From: Balanoglossus misakiensis
Lineage: Eukaryota > Animalia > Hemichordata
Reading direction: 5' to 3'
Assembly: GCA_040954595.2 (NCBI GenBank)
Contig: CM082590.2
Span: forward strand, 9,884,088 to 9,948,087
DNA: 64,000 bases
Below, piece by piece: positions 36,366 to 50,136 of the stretch (within the stretch, counting starts at the first letter, position 1; the number at the start of each line of letters is the position of its first letter). Below the pieces are notes generated by a model. That model saw only the letters and a list, made by a program, of their open reading frames with translations. It did not search any database and was not told the DNA's origin. The position numbers and the translations under genes were made by a program.

Positions 36366-38650
36366 GTAATTTTCAGTGAACGTCTTCAAGTTTAGCACTT
36401 TCTCAAAAACACTAGATAGTTTTAATGTACATGTTTAATGAAACAGCCATTAGGAAATCAAACTACTTGTGTGAACAAGGACATGGAGACCAAACTTCAA
36501 AAACCTCTCGTGATAATTCACTCAATTCACCTTTTAAATTAACAAAATATTTATATTTTTTACATTTTGATACTGAGTGAAAATTGCTAATGCACAAGTA
36601 AAAATATTTTTAAAAATACGATATGACTAGTCTCGGATGTAAAACATGTTCCTTTGCGGAAAGAGAGATGAGTATTTAAATTTGTTCAATTTACATTATA
36701 CTAGTAGGAAGTACATTTTAGACCTGAAAGTGTCGTCTGTTTCCTAATGGCGCCAAAAGTTCAGACTTTTTTTACTTAGTTGTATTCCTCGAGTCTGGCT
36801 GTCTCATGACGGTGTTTCAATCAACTGCCACGCATACTGCTTTATGCAAATTTTCTACTCATCAAATTTCTTTAGAAACAGCTTCGTGCGCTAACCTTGA
36901 TTCCAATCCCAAACTTTTTAAGTATTCTGATTGAATGACTAGGAATTTTCAATACTAATCTACGAAAAATAATGAAAATCGATACCTTGAAATCTAGACA
37001 AATCGCCAAAAATTGCATTTTATGAATTTAGTGCAATGAAGTGAAAACTAAGAAGTATCTCTTTGAGTTTAACATTAGAAAGAAATGTTTAGAATGCGGA
37101 TACTGAAAACCATAAAAGTGACATTTAAGTTGGTACTGAGGTTACCATGGATATGTGATATTCGTAGATATTCCACTTAAAGTGCAATCGTCTGGGAGTC
37201 TGTGTAAACAAGTACATTCTAGTTTTCCTACTGAGGTAATCCTTTAATGTGAGAGTGTTCTACGCTAAATCCCAAGATCCATAGTGGATAATTAGCCGGT
37301 ATTACTCCAGTCATCTTTGTTGAAGCTTGCGAATTTACAAAACACCGTGATCGCCCCGGATTGAGGAGAGAGGATCGAGCACAGTCAACCAGGAATTACT
37401 GTTTCCGTCATTGAGCGCCGTAAAACTTCCTCCCCCATCAGTGTCATACACTTTCCTCGAGGGCTAGCCAAAAAAAGCGACGAAATTCCAATTTCAGCCA
37501 GCCCTGCCCAACTCGAGGGTATTACACTGAGCACATTAACGGACCCAGCTACAAGACGTTTATAGTGTCTACTGAAGTGGGGAGTGTTTTATGAGCGCAG
37601 ACATGCCATACTTTATACACTCCAGTACATCTCACTTTCCCCCCATCTTAGTCAAATCCCTCATACAGCTATCCCGTTATGCTTTCACTTTAAAATTACA
37701 ATTCTCGCCTTTGCCCAAATCTTCAACTGCAGATCCTCACCATGTGCAACTAGACCTCTCATTATAAATTAACCAATTACAACTTCATTAAATATTCACT
37801 ACAATAATTATTATCTTCTGGAAGCCAATCCAAATTAATGAGAACATATAAAAACAAAAAATGATAAAAACGGAGGGTTGGAAAGAGTAAATATTAATTT
37901 CATACTGAAAGCTTTTATATTGACTTAAATTACTGAATTAATTTTTTTCGACGGCTAAAGGACACGAGTAAATACCAGCTGATGGTTTGATTATTCTCTT
38001 TTAAAGTGTGAATACACAGTTTACAGGTAGAGATTTTATTATAAACCATGTTTGAATGTAAAACGTTGTCTATTTTGTAGAAGAAACGGGAGTGGTATTT
38101 ATCTGGTAAGGGGGGGGGGTGAGCACGTGAAATGAAGTCTTCCCAGAGTTCTTAGCGTTTGGTGACCAACCTAATGCAGTTTTATCTCTGGTTTAATCCG
38201 TTTGGAAATGAGTTTGGTTTTTAGATGAGGTTGGTCCAGGAGACGGAATATCTAACATCGGACGTCCTTCGAACGTTAAGAACGTGGCGGGAAGTCTCCC
38301 TGGCCAGCCCTAAGAGCTTTTTCTGAGTGAGCACTCGATAACAAGTAATGCATAACTTATAAGGTGCAGCGGATCCATCGAAGCAGCGACTGAATACGTA
38401 TCAAACCGAAATAACAGAAACAATTAAGGCACTGGTATGGGTTAGCTCTCTTGGACTAATTTAAATCGTGACATCCACTAAAATGAGTGATCGATAAATC
38501 GATTTATTAATTAGAAAACCTGAGAGTATAATTGATCGATTACTTATGTCATTGAAAAATATGAGTCGCACAAAAAGTTCGACCAGTTTGCGTAATTATT
38601 GAAATAACGACTGGGTTATTGATATTCATCTTGCTGTATGGACACACACG

Positions 38651-38756
38651 TACATACATACATACATACATACATACATACATACATACATACATACATA
38701 CATACAGACATACAGACAGACATACAGAGGGAGGCAGGTAGGCAGACATAGTTAAC

Positions 38757-38824
<68 letters not shown>
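38651..38824. repeat. Compound microsatellite (TACA)n ... (TAGA)n
   Basis: Seen directly. Confidence 0.97.
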
Positions 38825-40396
38825 AAGGCAGACAAACACAACAAATGTTGAATTCTACAGAAGACGACCTGAAGATTAGGGGAAAAGCAAAAAGTACAAC
38901 TCATCAACCGTCGAAGATTAGTCAATAAATCAAAGATAATAAATCTCTTGAAGCCATTCAAAATGGAATATAAAAGCGCTGGATATTTTCAGGTAGAGAT
39001 TGATAATCGGGCTTTTTTCCATTGACACGCTAAATTGTAGTGTGAGTGGCTCTCTCTCTCCATGCCTGATTTCACTGCATTTATTTCTCCCAGCACAAGC
39101 CCGTGCCTCAATCCGAAGTGATTGCCTAAAACCTTTCCATGTCTACTTGTGATTTCTAAGCGCGTAATCGAAGATTACAATCAACATTTCCCCCAGGCCA
39201 CCGTACGACCACCGAAGGTCGCTAGCTCATGTACGACTACTTTGAAAAACAACAACTAGAAACAGACGCATTTTGTCGTCTGCCATATTTTTAAATCGCA
39301 ATTCCGACGATTTAGGATTCAGTTGGTATTTGTAATTACATTAAATATCCTCGATCAAAACTTTTGCAATTCTGCAGGACGAGAAAGATTTGACGTCTTC
39401 TCCTTCGATTCTCTCTTGTGAGATGAATGTCTCAAAGCCTGGGGTGGCCTCGAAGGTCATGAGTGACCCTTTAAAATCAAATTATTCATTTCGAAATGAC
39501 ACATTTCGCGAGAAAGACAGGCTCTTGCTTGAAATTCCACGAGGAAAGCATTGGCTCCAGGGGCAAGAACTTTTCTTAGGTTTTCTCGACGAGACATGAA
39601 GTAGATCAAAAATCGGCCACACGACAAATCTTGATCTGCATCATATATTAATAAACATATCAGTTTTTATATTGGTTTTGAGTTCTGTCATCATAACCTG
39701 TCTCGACACACAAAGGGGAAAACCGCCGGGTCTACTTTCAGGTAATTTTATATGTGCATTACTTTTTACTTGGGATTTAATAGCCTCATAAAACCGTTCC
39801 ATAAACGTTATTTTAGACTTTAAACACATAGGCGTTAAAACACCTAGATTGTTACAACAAGCGCGTTAATATTGTCTTTTTGTTTGTTTTTAAAGGGGGA
39901 AATAATTGCAGGATATACATTAATATCTAAAACTAAACGGACAGCTCAATTTCGTATAGGTAAAGTAAACTACAGTCATGATTATAAGTTGCTACCAACA
40001 TATCACCCTCACCATTTGTATACATATATGTACAAGTTGCCTGGGCGGATTTTAAACTACTAATTTAAGTTTCGGGAAATAAATTATTGAGTTATTTTAG
40101 GTAGAATAGTTTGACATAAAATTGCTTTCTGTTTGGAAAAGGTGTGTTAATAAGGATGAGTGAAAATGACTACCCTCAGCTTTATCTCTGCGCATCTAAA
40201 ATCTAATTGAGTTGCTTTATTGGGAAAAAAACTTTATTTTTAATTCGAATGGGAACATTAATTATTTTATGACAGTTCCCTGCCAAAATAACAAATAAGA
40301 TAAGTGATACTTTGCCAATTATTTTGATTATTTTTGTAGTATTTTCATAAAGTCAAATTAGGATATATATAGCTCGAGACAGAGGGAGAGAGAGAA

Positions 40397-40508
40397 ACAC
40401 ATACATACATACATACATACATACATACATACATACATACATACATACATACATACATGCATACATACATACATACATACATACATACACACACACACAT
40501 ACATACAT
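40397..40508. repeat. (ACAT)n microsatellite
   Basis: Seen directly. Confidence 0.97.
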
Positions 40509-41057
40509 GAGAATGTAGTTAGGGTTACAATTCCAACCTGTCGCGCGGATACTTGTCGTACGCCCTCTTGCGGCGATGTTGCCTGTTCTAGATCCCCAGC
40601 AAACCGTTCCCTAAACACCCTAGATATTTGCCTGGTATTTACAGTCGGCATTTTATCATCCAAAAAATCACCCCACAGCGAGCTGTTACAAAAGACCACA
40701 CGTGTGCAATACCAGCCTTCAAATTTGTCCGGATTTCAACTCCTGTCCACGCATAATTCTATCTCAAACACAAAATATCCCACTAGTTGTAGAAGTTTTA
40801 TTTTGTTGGCAAATTCTTTAAGAGGAATTTAAAATTGATATTGAGGACACCATAAATGCAACACAAGCGACTTAACAACGTCACTGACCCTAGACTGAGC
40901 TCAAAAATTTGAAACACGCAGTGGGAACTTGCCCTCACAAAACATGTCTAAAATTAGAACTAAAAAAAAACTATGTGAAGTATTAAAGGAAGTGTATTTG
41001 TTTTAGATAACGTTTGAACATGAGATGCTTATTTTGGTCAGAGAAGACAAACTTAGA

Positions 41058-41132
41058 TACTGAAAGACAAAAAGTTTCAACTGTACTGAACGACAAAAAG
41101 TGTTAAATTCTACTGAACGACAAAAAGTGTAA
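41058..41132. repeat. 26-27-bp tandem repeat x3
   Basis: tactgaa.gacaaaaagt at 41058, 41084, 41111. Confidence 0.85.
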
Positions 41133-43767
41133 CCGAGTGTGTGGGATGGCTCAGTGCAAATGGAAATATCATGGCCCGGATATTGGCAAAGGCCGAGCAA
41201 TATGACATCAAGGCCTGTAATATAATGCAATCTATTTACTCTTTCGTGGTGTAATTAATATAAGCTCGTTACAGGCGGGGGTTTATTGGTTTGGATTTAG
41301 CTATTTTTGTTCAATCTCTCTTTTCTATTGTTTAATTCAAGGCCACAGCACAATGCTTAATGACAAATGAACCTGGCTCACCCCACTGGGCGAAAATCAT
41401 ATTATCTAGAACATGTATACTTCCATACTTCAGTCTGCTGTTTCCAGTATCGAATCCGTGGTCAAGGTTGAGGCGATTAATAATTGTCTTGCGCACGCGC
41501 AATGTTCCAAGACAGCAAGATTATCTGCACGCGTCGACAGGACTCCCCTCCCCCACTCTCAGCGGGAAAACCAATTTCAAGACAAATAATATCATTGGTC
41601 AAATCCAAATCTATCATTTGTTTCTGTCAGCAAACGATGCTTCATTTTTAATAATACAGAAACTGCCTAGAATTTCTGCTCGTTTATGTCAAAATGTGGT
41701 TTTATTTTTACTGACAAGGTCACCATTCCTAAGAATTAATACTCTCTTCCCAATAATATTTCTGATTAAATTAAGATGATGAAGAATCTACCAATAGTAT
41801 AATTTAATTAGTAATACAATGTACTTGTGTTTGAGTGTTCTTTTTGACCCAAAATAGTTGTTTATACAGTCAAAGCTGTTTCAATTTCCGCAACTTGTCC
41901 TATGCGGATGGTCAGCTTTAGTTTTAACCTTTGATCACAAATGCAAGACGTGTGATTTTAACCACACAGTTTCTCCTTTACATGCAGAAAGGTGATACCG
42001 AACGCATTAAGATGGTCACGACATTTCCTGGGAGCTATCAACCCTTTTATTGATATGCATTTGTGGGAACATAACACTTTAAACCGTGTGAATATATGTG
42101 TAAGATACAACTCTCGTCCAGGACGAGACTTAAATATTGTGCATCTATGCCAGTGCAGACTACATGGACTTTTATAGGAATCAGAGAACCCGTCTCACTG
42201 TTTCATCATACTTTCAGCATAGAAGGGGTAATTTTTGGTCTAATTTATTCCAACTTAGAATCACTATTCCTCTAGACGGTTTAAGCCTACGTCAAAAAGC
42301 AGGAACCCGTACATGTACCATATGTCTGCTTATGTGTCTGTAGTCCACTCAAATTAGGTCTGTCCCACCGTGAAATTTCCTGACCAGACGACCAACAAAA
42401 GAGGCGGATTTTGATACTTGTTTTACTGTCGTTTCGAGGTCACATGCAGCTGAATTTATCAGGCGACAGAAAATGAGGTCGTAAAAGGTAGGATGAATCT
42501 TGCAGGGTCAAATTCAAGATTTTACGAGGGGATCAGAATTCCTAATTAACATTAGACCGCCGCTCAATCCATGCGAAATTGGGAATTAAAGCTGTAGAAT
42601 GTGTTTTCTCAGGGTCGGGTCCATGGTAGTAGGTCCATGGGAAACCGAAGTGCATCTCTGTTCGTCGAAATGCACTTCCCCAACCAACTGCAACTACGTA
42701 GCAAAGCGCCATTTTAAACCCGTGAGTTGCCGACTCGACGAACGGCTAGGCTAACAAAGAACGGGACGCCCAGGGACGCATTTTGGTAGACTCGCTGCCT
42801 GGAAAATGGGCAGTGCAGCCCTGCGCCAGTCGGACGCCGCCGTGGGATCAAACTCCACCCCATATTGCAACTCTTTCGCAAACCTTTTGTATACAGCACT
42901 TTTGATGTAACAGTTTTTTTTCTGTTGCAACTTGGAACAAAGACCAGCGAGAACTTTTGTATCATTTGTAGTTTTTTTGTAGTCAGGCTTGTTGAGCCCT
43001 CAACAGTTGACCAGCATTGACGCGCGCGTCTGTCATTGAACCAAACGACGCTAAAGACTGCCAAGAGAGCGTAAAAGATAAACAACACTTATTGCCAGCC
43101 AAAACCCTCTCAAATGTAATAAAAAGGCAATAGCTTTGACTTGCCCAGTACAAATGGTTCCAGTAGTGTACAGAAACGAGAAAGAATGAAACCTCAATTT
43201 AAAAAAAAAACATGAACTCCATATTCTCGTTAGAGAGGAGCAACGCTGTCCGAAAACATATCAAGAGTTGAGACGATGATACAGTACAGAATGACCTATC
43301 GCTTTGCTTTATACAAAGACAGAGAAAGATACCAAAAATCATAAAAATAAATAAAAAGAAAATATTTATCAGCAAACAAAGTGGTTATACGTAAATGAAA
43401 GATGCCTTCTCCCAGCGAGTGACTCACATTTGCATAAGTGAAATTAAATTAAGCGGAGACGCCTGTGTTCGCCAAAATCCCTGACCCTAATTTTGATCAC
43501 ACAACACGCCGACAAAATTTATTGCGTTTAGATTTATTTCGTTGGTTCGAGAATTGACCCTTTTCCCGCGGAATATTTGGCTTGGGTTCAAAAAGGGGAG
43601 CAAGAGGTCGACTTGGAGTAGGACTCGCATGTCGTGAAAACATAGCCACACATTAAAAAAACCAGACACCCGCGCATTCTTTGTACGAAGCGTCTTTCTC
43701 TGTCGGTATAATAAAAAAATAAACCGCCATTTTGTTTGAGGGTTCGCCCGATGAATAGCTCGCTACG

Positions 43768-43835
43768 ACCTATCACCCGTAGAAACGAATTCGTGTTTTG
43801 ACATGATCACAAATTCGGATCTACAGGGTACAAGT
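43768..43835 (-). ncRNA. mir-10: miR-10 precursor hairpin
   Basis: 43830-43808 reads UACCCUGUAGAUCCGAAUUUGUG (canonical miR-10-5p) and pairs with the 3p arm CACGAAUUCGUUUCUACGGGUG. Canonical location 5' of Hox4. Confidence 0.97.
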
Positions 43836-45725
43836 TGAAGGAGAAAATTGGCCTAAAATGCCGAATTTTGAAGTACATGGAAAGAGAAATTAGCCCGCCT
43901 TACATATTGATAAACGACTCAGACAATCCCAGGCGCGACGACAAAGGTATATGAACGTCAGCTCCGTCATCTTCCCGCCTTCCGACAACAACGGAAAATT
44001 CAAAGACCACGCTTCGACTAAAATGGTACTCGTTTTTACCTACCTAGACAGTCCAGAAAATAACAAAATTCGTAACTTCTTTTACAATCCAGCAATCGTT
44101 GATATTTTTTTCGAAATATTCTCCCGTAGCAAAGATAACGTCACTATTCTGCGCGTGCCTGACTTAAAACCTTATCCGGCAAACAAATATTTATGTCCAG
44201 ACAACCCCATATTTCACAAAAATATCTTCACTACAGCCAACTCACGTCTTCACCTCAGACCGCCATTCAAATGTAAGATTTACCTGTTTCTGAATTTCAG
44301 GAATTCTTCCAATGAAATAAATTAACAACCACGCAAAAAATGCTTTCATTCTAATAGATGTCCTCACTCTTTTCCAGTTGTACCTCAGTCGTACACTTTT
44401 TGTCGGTTACCTCACAGGGACAAACTCATTACGTCATAAGCAATTTTTGTCTAACTGTCGTCTGGAGGCCGAATCTCCAGTCACCCTGAAATAAATCCTT
44501 ACGACTCAAATGTATTTACGAAGTCTTATCTTTTGTTTTTCAGATAAAACTGAACGAGAGAAATCAAATTTAGGCACCAAGTCCAGCAAAGCCACCAAGG
44601 TCCCACAGCAAGTATTTGGTTTAATTTCCAATCCTACGCCTACGAGGTTGTCTTTTAGAGCGAACGAAAATAAAATCAACGAATGATTGATATTTCTCAT
44701 TTGATGTACAATTTAATCAAGTCAAAAATGTAAATATTTTTCAACAAAATTACGCTTGCTAATTAAAATGTTAATTATCAGAACAATGTGGAGTTTTTGT
44801 CTGTTTGTTCGGAAACCCTAACCGTAAATACTGGAGCATTTCGAACCCCTTTCCGAATGGCTGTAATATTTGAATTATTCTAAAGATGACGTAGGTTGAA
44901 TATTTCTGATAATTAACCCATGGCGTGATTTGAAAAAGTAGGGCAGTGTTAGCGAGTGTCGGGGTCACCGCATACACGTTCCACACGTCGTCAGTAACAT
45001 CACCACGACCGCGTGCACTATGCCCCTCCGTACATACGAAGAAATGTCTAAAATGAAAACACAATTTAGTCGCCTGAGGTGAAAATCTGTAAGACAGATA
45101 ATCGAAAAGTATGAAAAACGTCAAATATTTCCAAAAGAAAGCGATGCACCGAACTGAGAACGAGACAAAATATGCAAATCACCAGTTTCCAGTTCATGTA
45201 AAATGGGCGCGGCAGCCGTTACCTGTGGAAAAAATACGCCCAACAAATTTAACGAAATTTGGATGTTCAAAAGAACACGCTTTGAAATAATGAATTTGAA
45301 ATAATTAGAACAATATGCAGATAGGTTGACGGTTGTTTAACGTGGGCTCATTATCTCGCTTCACTGGTTATCCGGCGAAAGGCAAAATGGATGTGTCGGG
45401 ACCGCGTCCAGTCACAGCGAACTCATGATTCATCGTCCTTTGACAGTTTACATGTTGGTTCGCCAGAAATAAACTGTCCATCACATTCTGGCCGTCACAA
45501 TACGGCACATGTTTCACCCGTCCAGAGTACCACGGAGACTGAGGAACCGGGGGCGGAGGAGAAGATCTCCCGCACAGGGTAGTCCAGCAGCCGAGCGTCG
45601 AGAAACGTGGCCGTCCGCACAAATCCACAAACGGAGAAAGAGAGAGAGAGAGAGAGGCCCGCGCGGTGTTAGACCACCGCGCGCCGTCATCCAACCACCA
45701 CCTGCCTGCAGGCCGCGTTTCCAAA

Positions 45726-45760
45726 AACTGAACACCGGACAACCAACGCCACTATAAATA
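45726..45760 (-). promoter_or_regulatory. Candidate TATA/Inr core promoter upstream of miR-10
   Basis: TATTTATA starting at 45760 lies 31 nt from the A (45729) of TCAGTT, followed by a GC/CpG-rich segment. Confidence 0.4.
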
Positions 45761-48700
45761 ACACGCCATCGCGACCTTTGTGCCAAAAAACATGCCCCTT
45801 TTTCATTTATAAATTACTCAAATGGCCACTACCAACCAAAAATGATTGTTTTTGGTTATAAATTGCCCCTTTGTTTACCCTGGTACTCCTCTAAACTTCT
45901 GGATAAGGAAAGGCCTCGAGCCCTGAGTATACAATTTAATAGCTAAAATACAACTCTGCCCGGCTGTAAATGTTTGACACAATGGCCGTCATCATCAAAA
46001 TCGCCCTAAATTTATTCCAGCGATAAGACCATAGGACGTGAGAAAATGCAAGTTTTCAGTTGTGACATAAAACCACTACAGACAATTTTCTCTCGAGTTT
46101 CCGAAAGTAAAATGAGTGGAATATTCGGTGGGAAGATTCGCAAAGGGATTGACCCAAGTTTTTATATATACATATCAGTGATGTGATTAGAATACTGAAA
46201 TATTATGAAATTTGAAGGTTTCGTGTTGGGTGATTTTAGTGAGATGATTTTTTTCTGAATTGTTAAAAGTTATAAAGAATCAACTATACAGGCAGGGGTT
46301 TAGGGTTGAATAAGGACTAGACATTTAGGGGTTCCTTAGCAACGAGGATTTCGGATTATAATCTGCTCGGCGGGGTTGGGTTTTACGGGCATAGTTAGGT
46401 CCCACTTCAGAACGACTTGTCTGGACAAGCGTGTAACGTCAAGAGATTTTTAAGACATTTACAATGGCGTCTTCGACCGTAAAAGAAACGAGTTCCAGGG
46501 AAAGAGACGCACATAGCGATATCAATGTCCTGCCACCATGGAAACAGAAATTAATATATTTATTCGAGACTTGTGATATGCGTGTACCGAATGTTTATCG
46601 TCTGGATGAGGTTGGAAGGCCAGCCTTGGACAAGATAGCAGACGGCCCAGCGATGTTGGGGATGTCCTACATGAGAGATACGGCTCTATTATGTAATACA
46701 AATTACCCGTCGACATCCATCATGTTTATCAAGTTCGCTACCGAATTACTTTGCAGTGCCGCTAATAGAGAATTCCTGGCAAAATGTATGTCCTCTAGGC
46801 CCTGTCTGTCATAGACTTCACACGGACCAAGTTTGACCTCTCGTACATAACCTTTTCTCTATGCACGTAGTATAATTATTACACAGGTCACCTAGACAAG
46901 AATCTCAGGCTCATATCTGGTCAAAAATAAACAGTCTGTATCCACATATATTAGACTAACTACACCAGAAGATCGATCGAAATCATTTTTATCTAAATTA
47001 GACACATCAAAAGGGAAGCTAACATCTTACGACGTGTTCTGTCCGAAAAGATTTGGCGGGAAAATGCTTGACGATAAAAGCTGGAGGCGAGGCAGCTGGT
47101 TAATCCAGTGTGGTCCAACCCAGTACACGGTGCAATCTATCCTCATCGAGGACACGTTGAGTTAAAGTTTGGCTATAGACTGTTTGTCTAACGGTCGACA
47201 CAAATAAATTAAGAATTTTGACACTGATTTGAAAATGATAAAAACCTCCGATTGTAAAGAATTATGAGCTTAGTTTTACAGTGAGCGAGGCACAAGGCAG
47301 TGGCATGATTTGGGCTGGGATTTCACAGGATAAAATGTGGGTAAGTTCGCATCCATTTTGGCTTGTGGGGTTTCTCTTGGTCCCTCCTACATACTTATCT
47401 TTACGCTGGGAACATCCCCCACCGCCATTTTAGTAAGGCCAGTGTGCACGTACTGTTTTGCATACACAAAAAGTTTTACATTCTACACACTCCCTCTGAG
47501 TCAAATGCGTTTTCAGTCAGTTGGACTCAGGAGGGCAGTCGAATCTCCCACGGCAAACCGCCGGCACGACAGACATGTAGCTGTATTTCCCGCCAAAATA
47601 TGCATCTTTGAGCGGCCTACGTAAAATCTGCCTGTGACAAACAAATTGAAGAAAAAAGTACAGTCCTGTTTTGTCCTTGTCCGAGTAAAGCTACGTGATA
47701 GGAACTGCCAGACAAACTTTGCTACATTTTGTGTAAAAAAAACAACACAAACTTTTGGCGGCATTGGCACAGTTTTCAGCCCAGCACTTGCAGGGTGATC
47801 AGCGATTATTTTGTTGCTGCTAAAAAACGAGGTCAAAGTTTGCAGCTCTTAGGAAGTTCTCGGTTTAAGGTCGTTGCTAATCCCGTCGCGACGGTATGTG
47901 TAGTTTATCAGATCTTTATAAGGACAAGCGCGATTCTGATTATCACGGTTACTGTTTTAGAGGGAAGAAAAAAGCTAATTTTCGATTTTCTGAAATTCGC
48001 TTTCTGTTCGAAGGTAAAATGACAACACTGGAGTACTGTTAACAGCCGGTCCTCAAAAATAACACCTTATCAGAACACTTGATCACAAAACTGACTATCG
48101 CTGCAATGGCAGCTTGCCAACGCATTCAAAAGTTCACAAAGAGTCAAAAAATGCACCTATATTTTGAGAAGAACCCCTATGTACGAAACACCACAGAAAT
48201 GTAAACAATAAAATTAGGCCAACTTCACATTCTTCACAATGAAAAATGTCTGAAACGATTTCCACCCGTCGGAACCGTCACCAGAAACTCACCAACAATG
48301 CCTGTACAAATTACTGAACAAAGGGCGTACAAGGGATAAAACAAGATGGCGTCTCTGCTCACTTCAGTCTAGTCAAAGTGCACCCTCAGGTAACAAGGTT
48401 GCCAGCTACTGAACCAGTTTAATTATTTCATAAGACAGCAAGTACACACACGCACTACCTAATGTGATTAGGTGACGCTAATTACATATTCATGTACACC
48501 AAATACTGTCTGACAATATATGGCGTTAGTGTTTAAGTTAATCTCTTACAACGTTATCCTCGTCCGGTCCCTAAGTTATCGCGCAACATTTTCCTGACGA
48601 CAGTGCAAATTTTAAAACTATTTAAAAGGAGTTATCTGTACGCGGGGTAATATCTTGTTATTACCCCGCGAAAGAGCAAATGCAAAACAAGGGGCATACA

Positions 48701-48904
48701 ATTACATTCAAACATTGTTTTCATGACTTTGAAAACATGTTTAAATGAACAAAAATCACCTTAGTGATTTTGAAAGAAGAAAACTGTGGCAAAATTACCG
48801 TTGAATATTCCCCAGAAAAAAGATAGTGTCTAACGAATCGTGTGCCACGAATGTTTAGATGTACCATCTTCTTCTATGGGAGTATTAAACGTATACGGTC
48901 ATCA

Positions 48905-49050
48905 ATGCAAATTTAACCACAATTACCACGGGCAAATTGAAATATAGCCAATCACAGATTTTCGGTGTGTAGCAAACAGGAAAAAATACGCCATCGCAAA
49001 TTCAGAGACGACCTTTTGACCTGATATATGCATATGTAAATTAGACGTGA
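48905..49050 (+). repeat. Dispersed ~150-bp repeat, copy 2
   Basis: atgcaaattta.cca...gccaatcacagattt...gcatatgtaaattagacgtga shared with 50137-50293. Confidence 0.75.
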
Positions 49051-50136
49051 CCGTATACGCTTTCACAGGAACAATGCCACGCTTTCAGACACAGTAGAGA
49101 TATGCAAGCTCACTTTTTACTGTTGATGGATCAGCTGACATCAGCGAGGGATTTCCTTCCACAGAGGCCACACAATTGCCTTTCGAGAAGTTCTCCTAAA
49201 TCCTCAAACAAATGGTCACCATCCCCGCATGCCTGTTTATGTCCCTGTGCTCGGCATCCTGGCAAATTTTCGATGATAAAATTCCGTCCTCGCAACACGA
49301 TGTGTTGAGCGTGAAAATTGCGACACAAATGAAGTGGCGTGCACCAAGAAACACCTGGTGAATCTGCTAATTTATGCATTTATTTATGCGCGGCCACTCT
49401 CAACCAATAGAAATCCTCACAAAGATATGTGCACGTTCAAATCGCAAATTAGCTGGGAACAAAGCAGTGTGTACTTCATGATACGTTTTGTTGACGTACT
49501 GTAAGCCGGATAAAGCGCCCGCGTCGTGCGTTCGTTCAGAAATACAGAAAACTAACCTAACATCACAAAACGTTAGAAATAAAAAAATCTGTTATATCCA
49601 TTTCATGGAAACTCATCTGTATTCTTCCAAACGTGCCAACGTATACACGTTTGATTTCATCAATATTAAAAATATTATATTTTGACATTATAAATTAAAT
49701 GCTTACAGAAATATTTTTGGACACAGCTCTGTGTTCACCTTTTGAACTACTGCATTCGCCTTGACATTTTCCTATTTGTGAGTTTATGCGAAATTCACTT
49801 CATATATATGTTGTAATTTGTATTAAAACATTGAAAGCATTTTGAAATGATTAATTTAATCCCCCGTCCATCGACATATGCATTGTATACGCGACGAACA
49901 ATTCGTTGAAGGTCGCAGGTGTTGAGATCGAATTGCATTCTGGGTAAGCATACCATTTTGGTCAGGACCCGTTGTCACGTAATAGGGACCAAATACCAAG
50001 ATGTCTGACGGCGGGAAAAAGTATCGTTTGTTTCCGGTTTCCGCTCAAAGGATATTTCAAATCTTTAACACATGCGCAGAGTTTATTCTGATTTACGGCA
50101 ATCGTCTACGCGCTTGTTAAAGGTACACAGTCACCT

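Noticed and set aside
42647-42679. GAAGTGCAT...ATGCACTTC hairpin as a miRNA
   Set aside because: A 9-bp stem is far too short.
45515-45582. Second miR-10-like sequence (minus TACCCTGTGCGG...)
   Set aside because: Only 8 nt match and the fold has large bulges; not a pre-miRNA.
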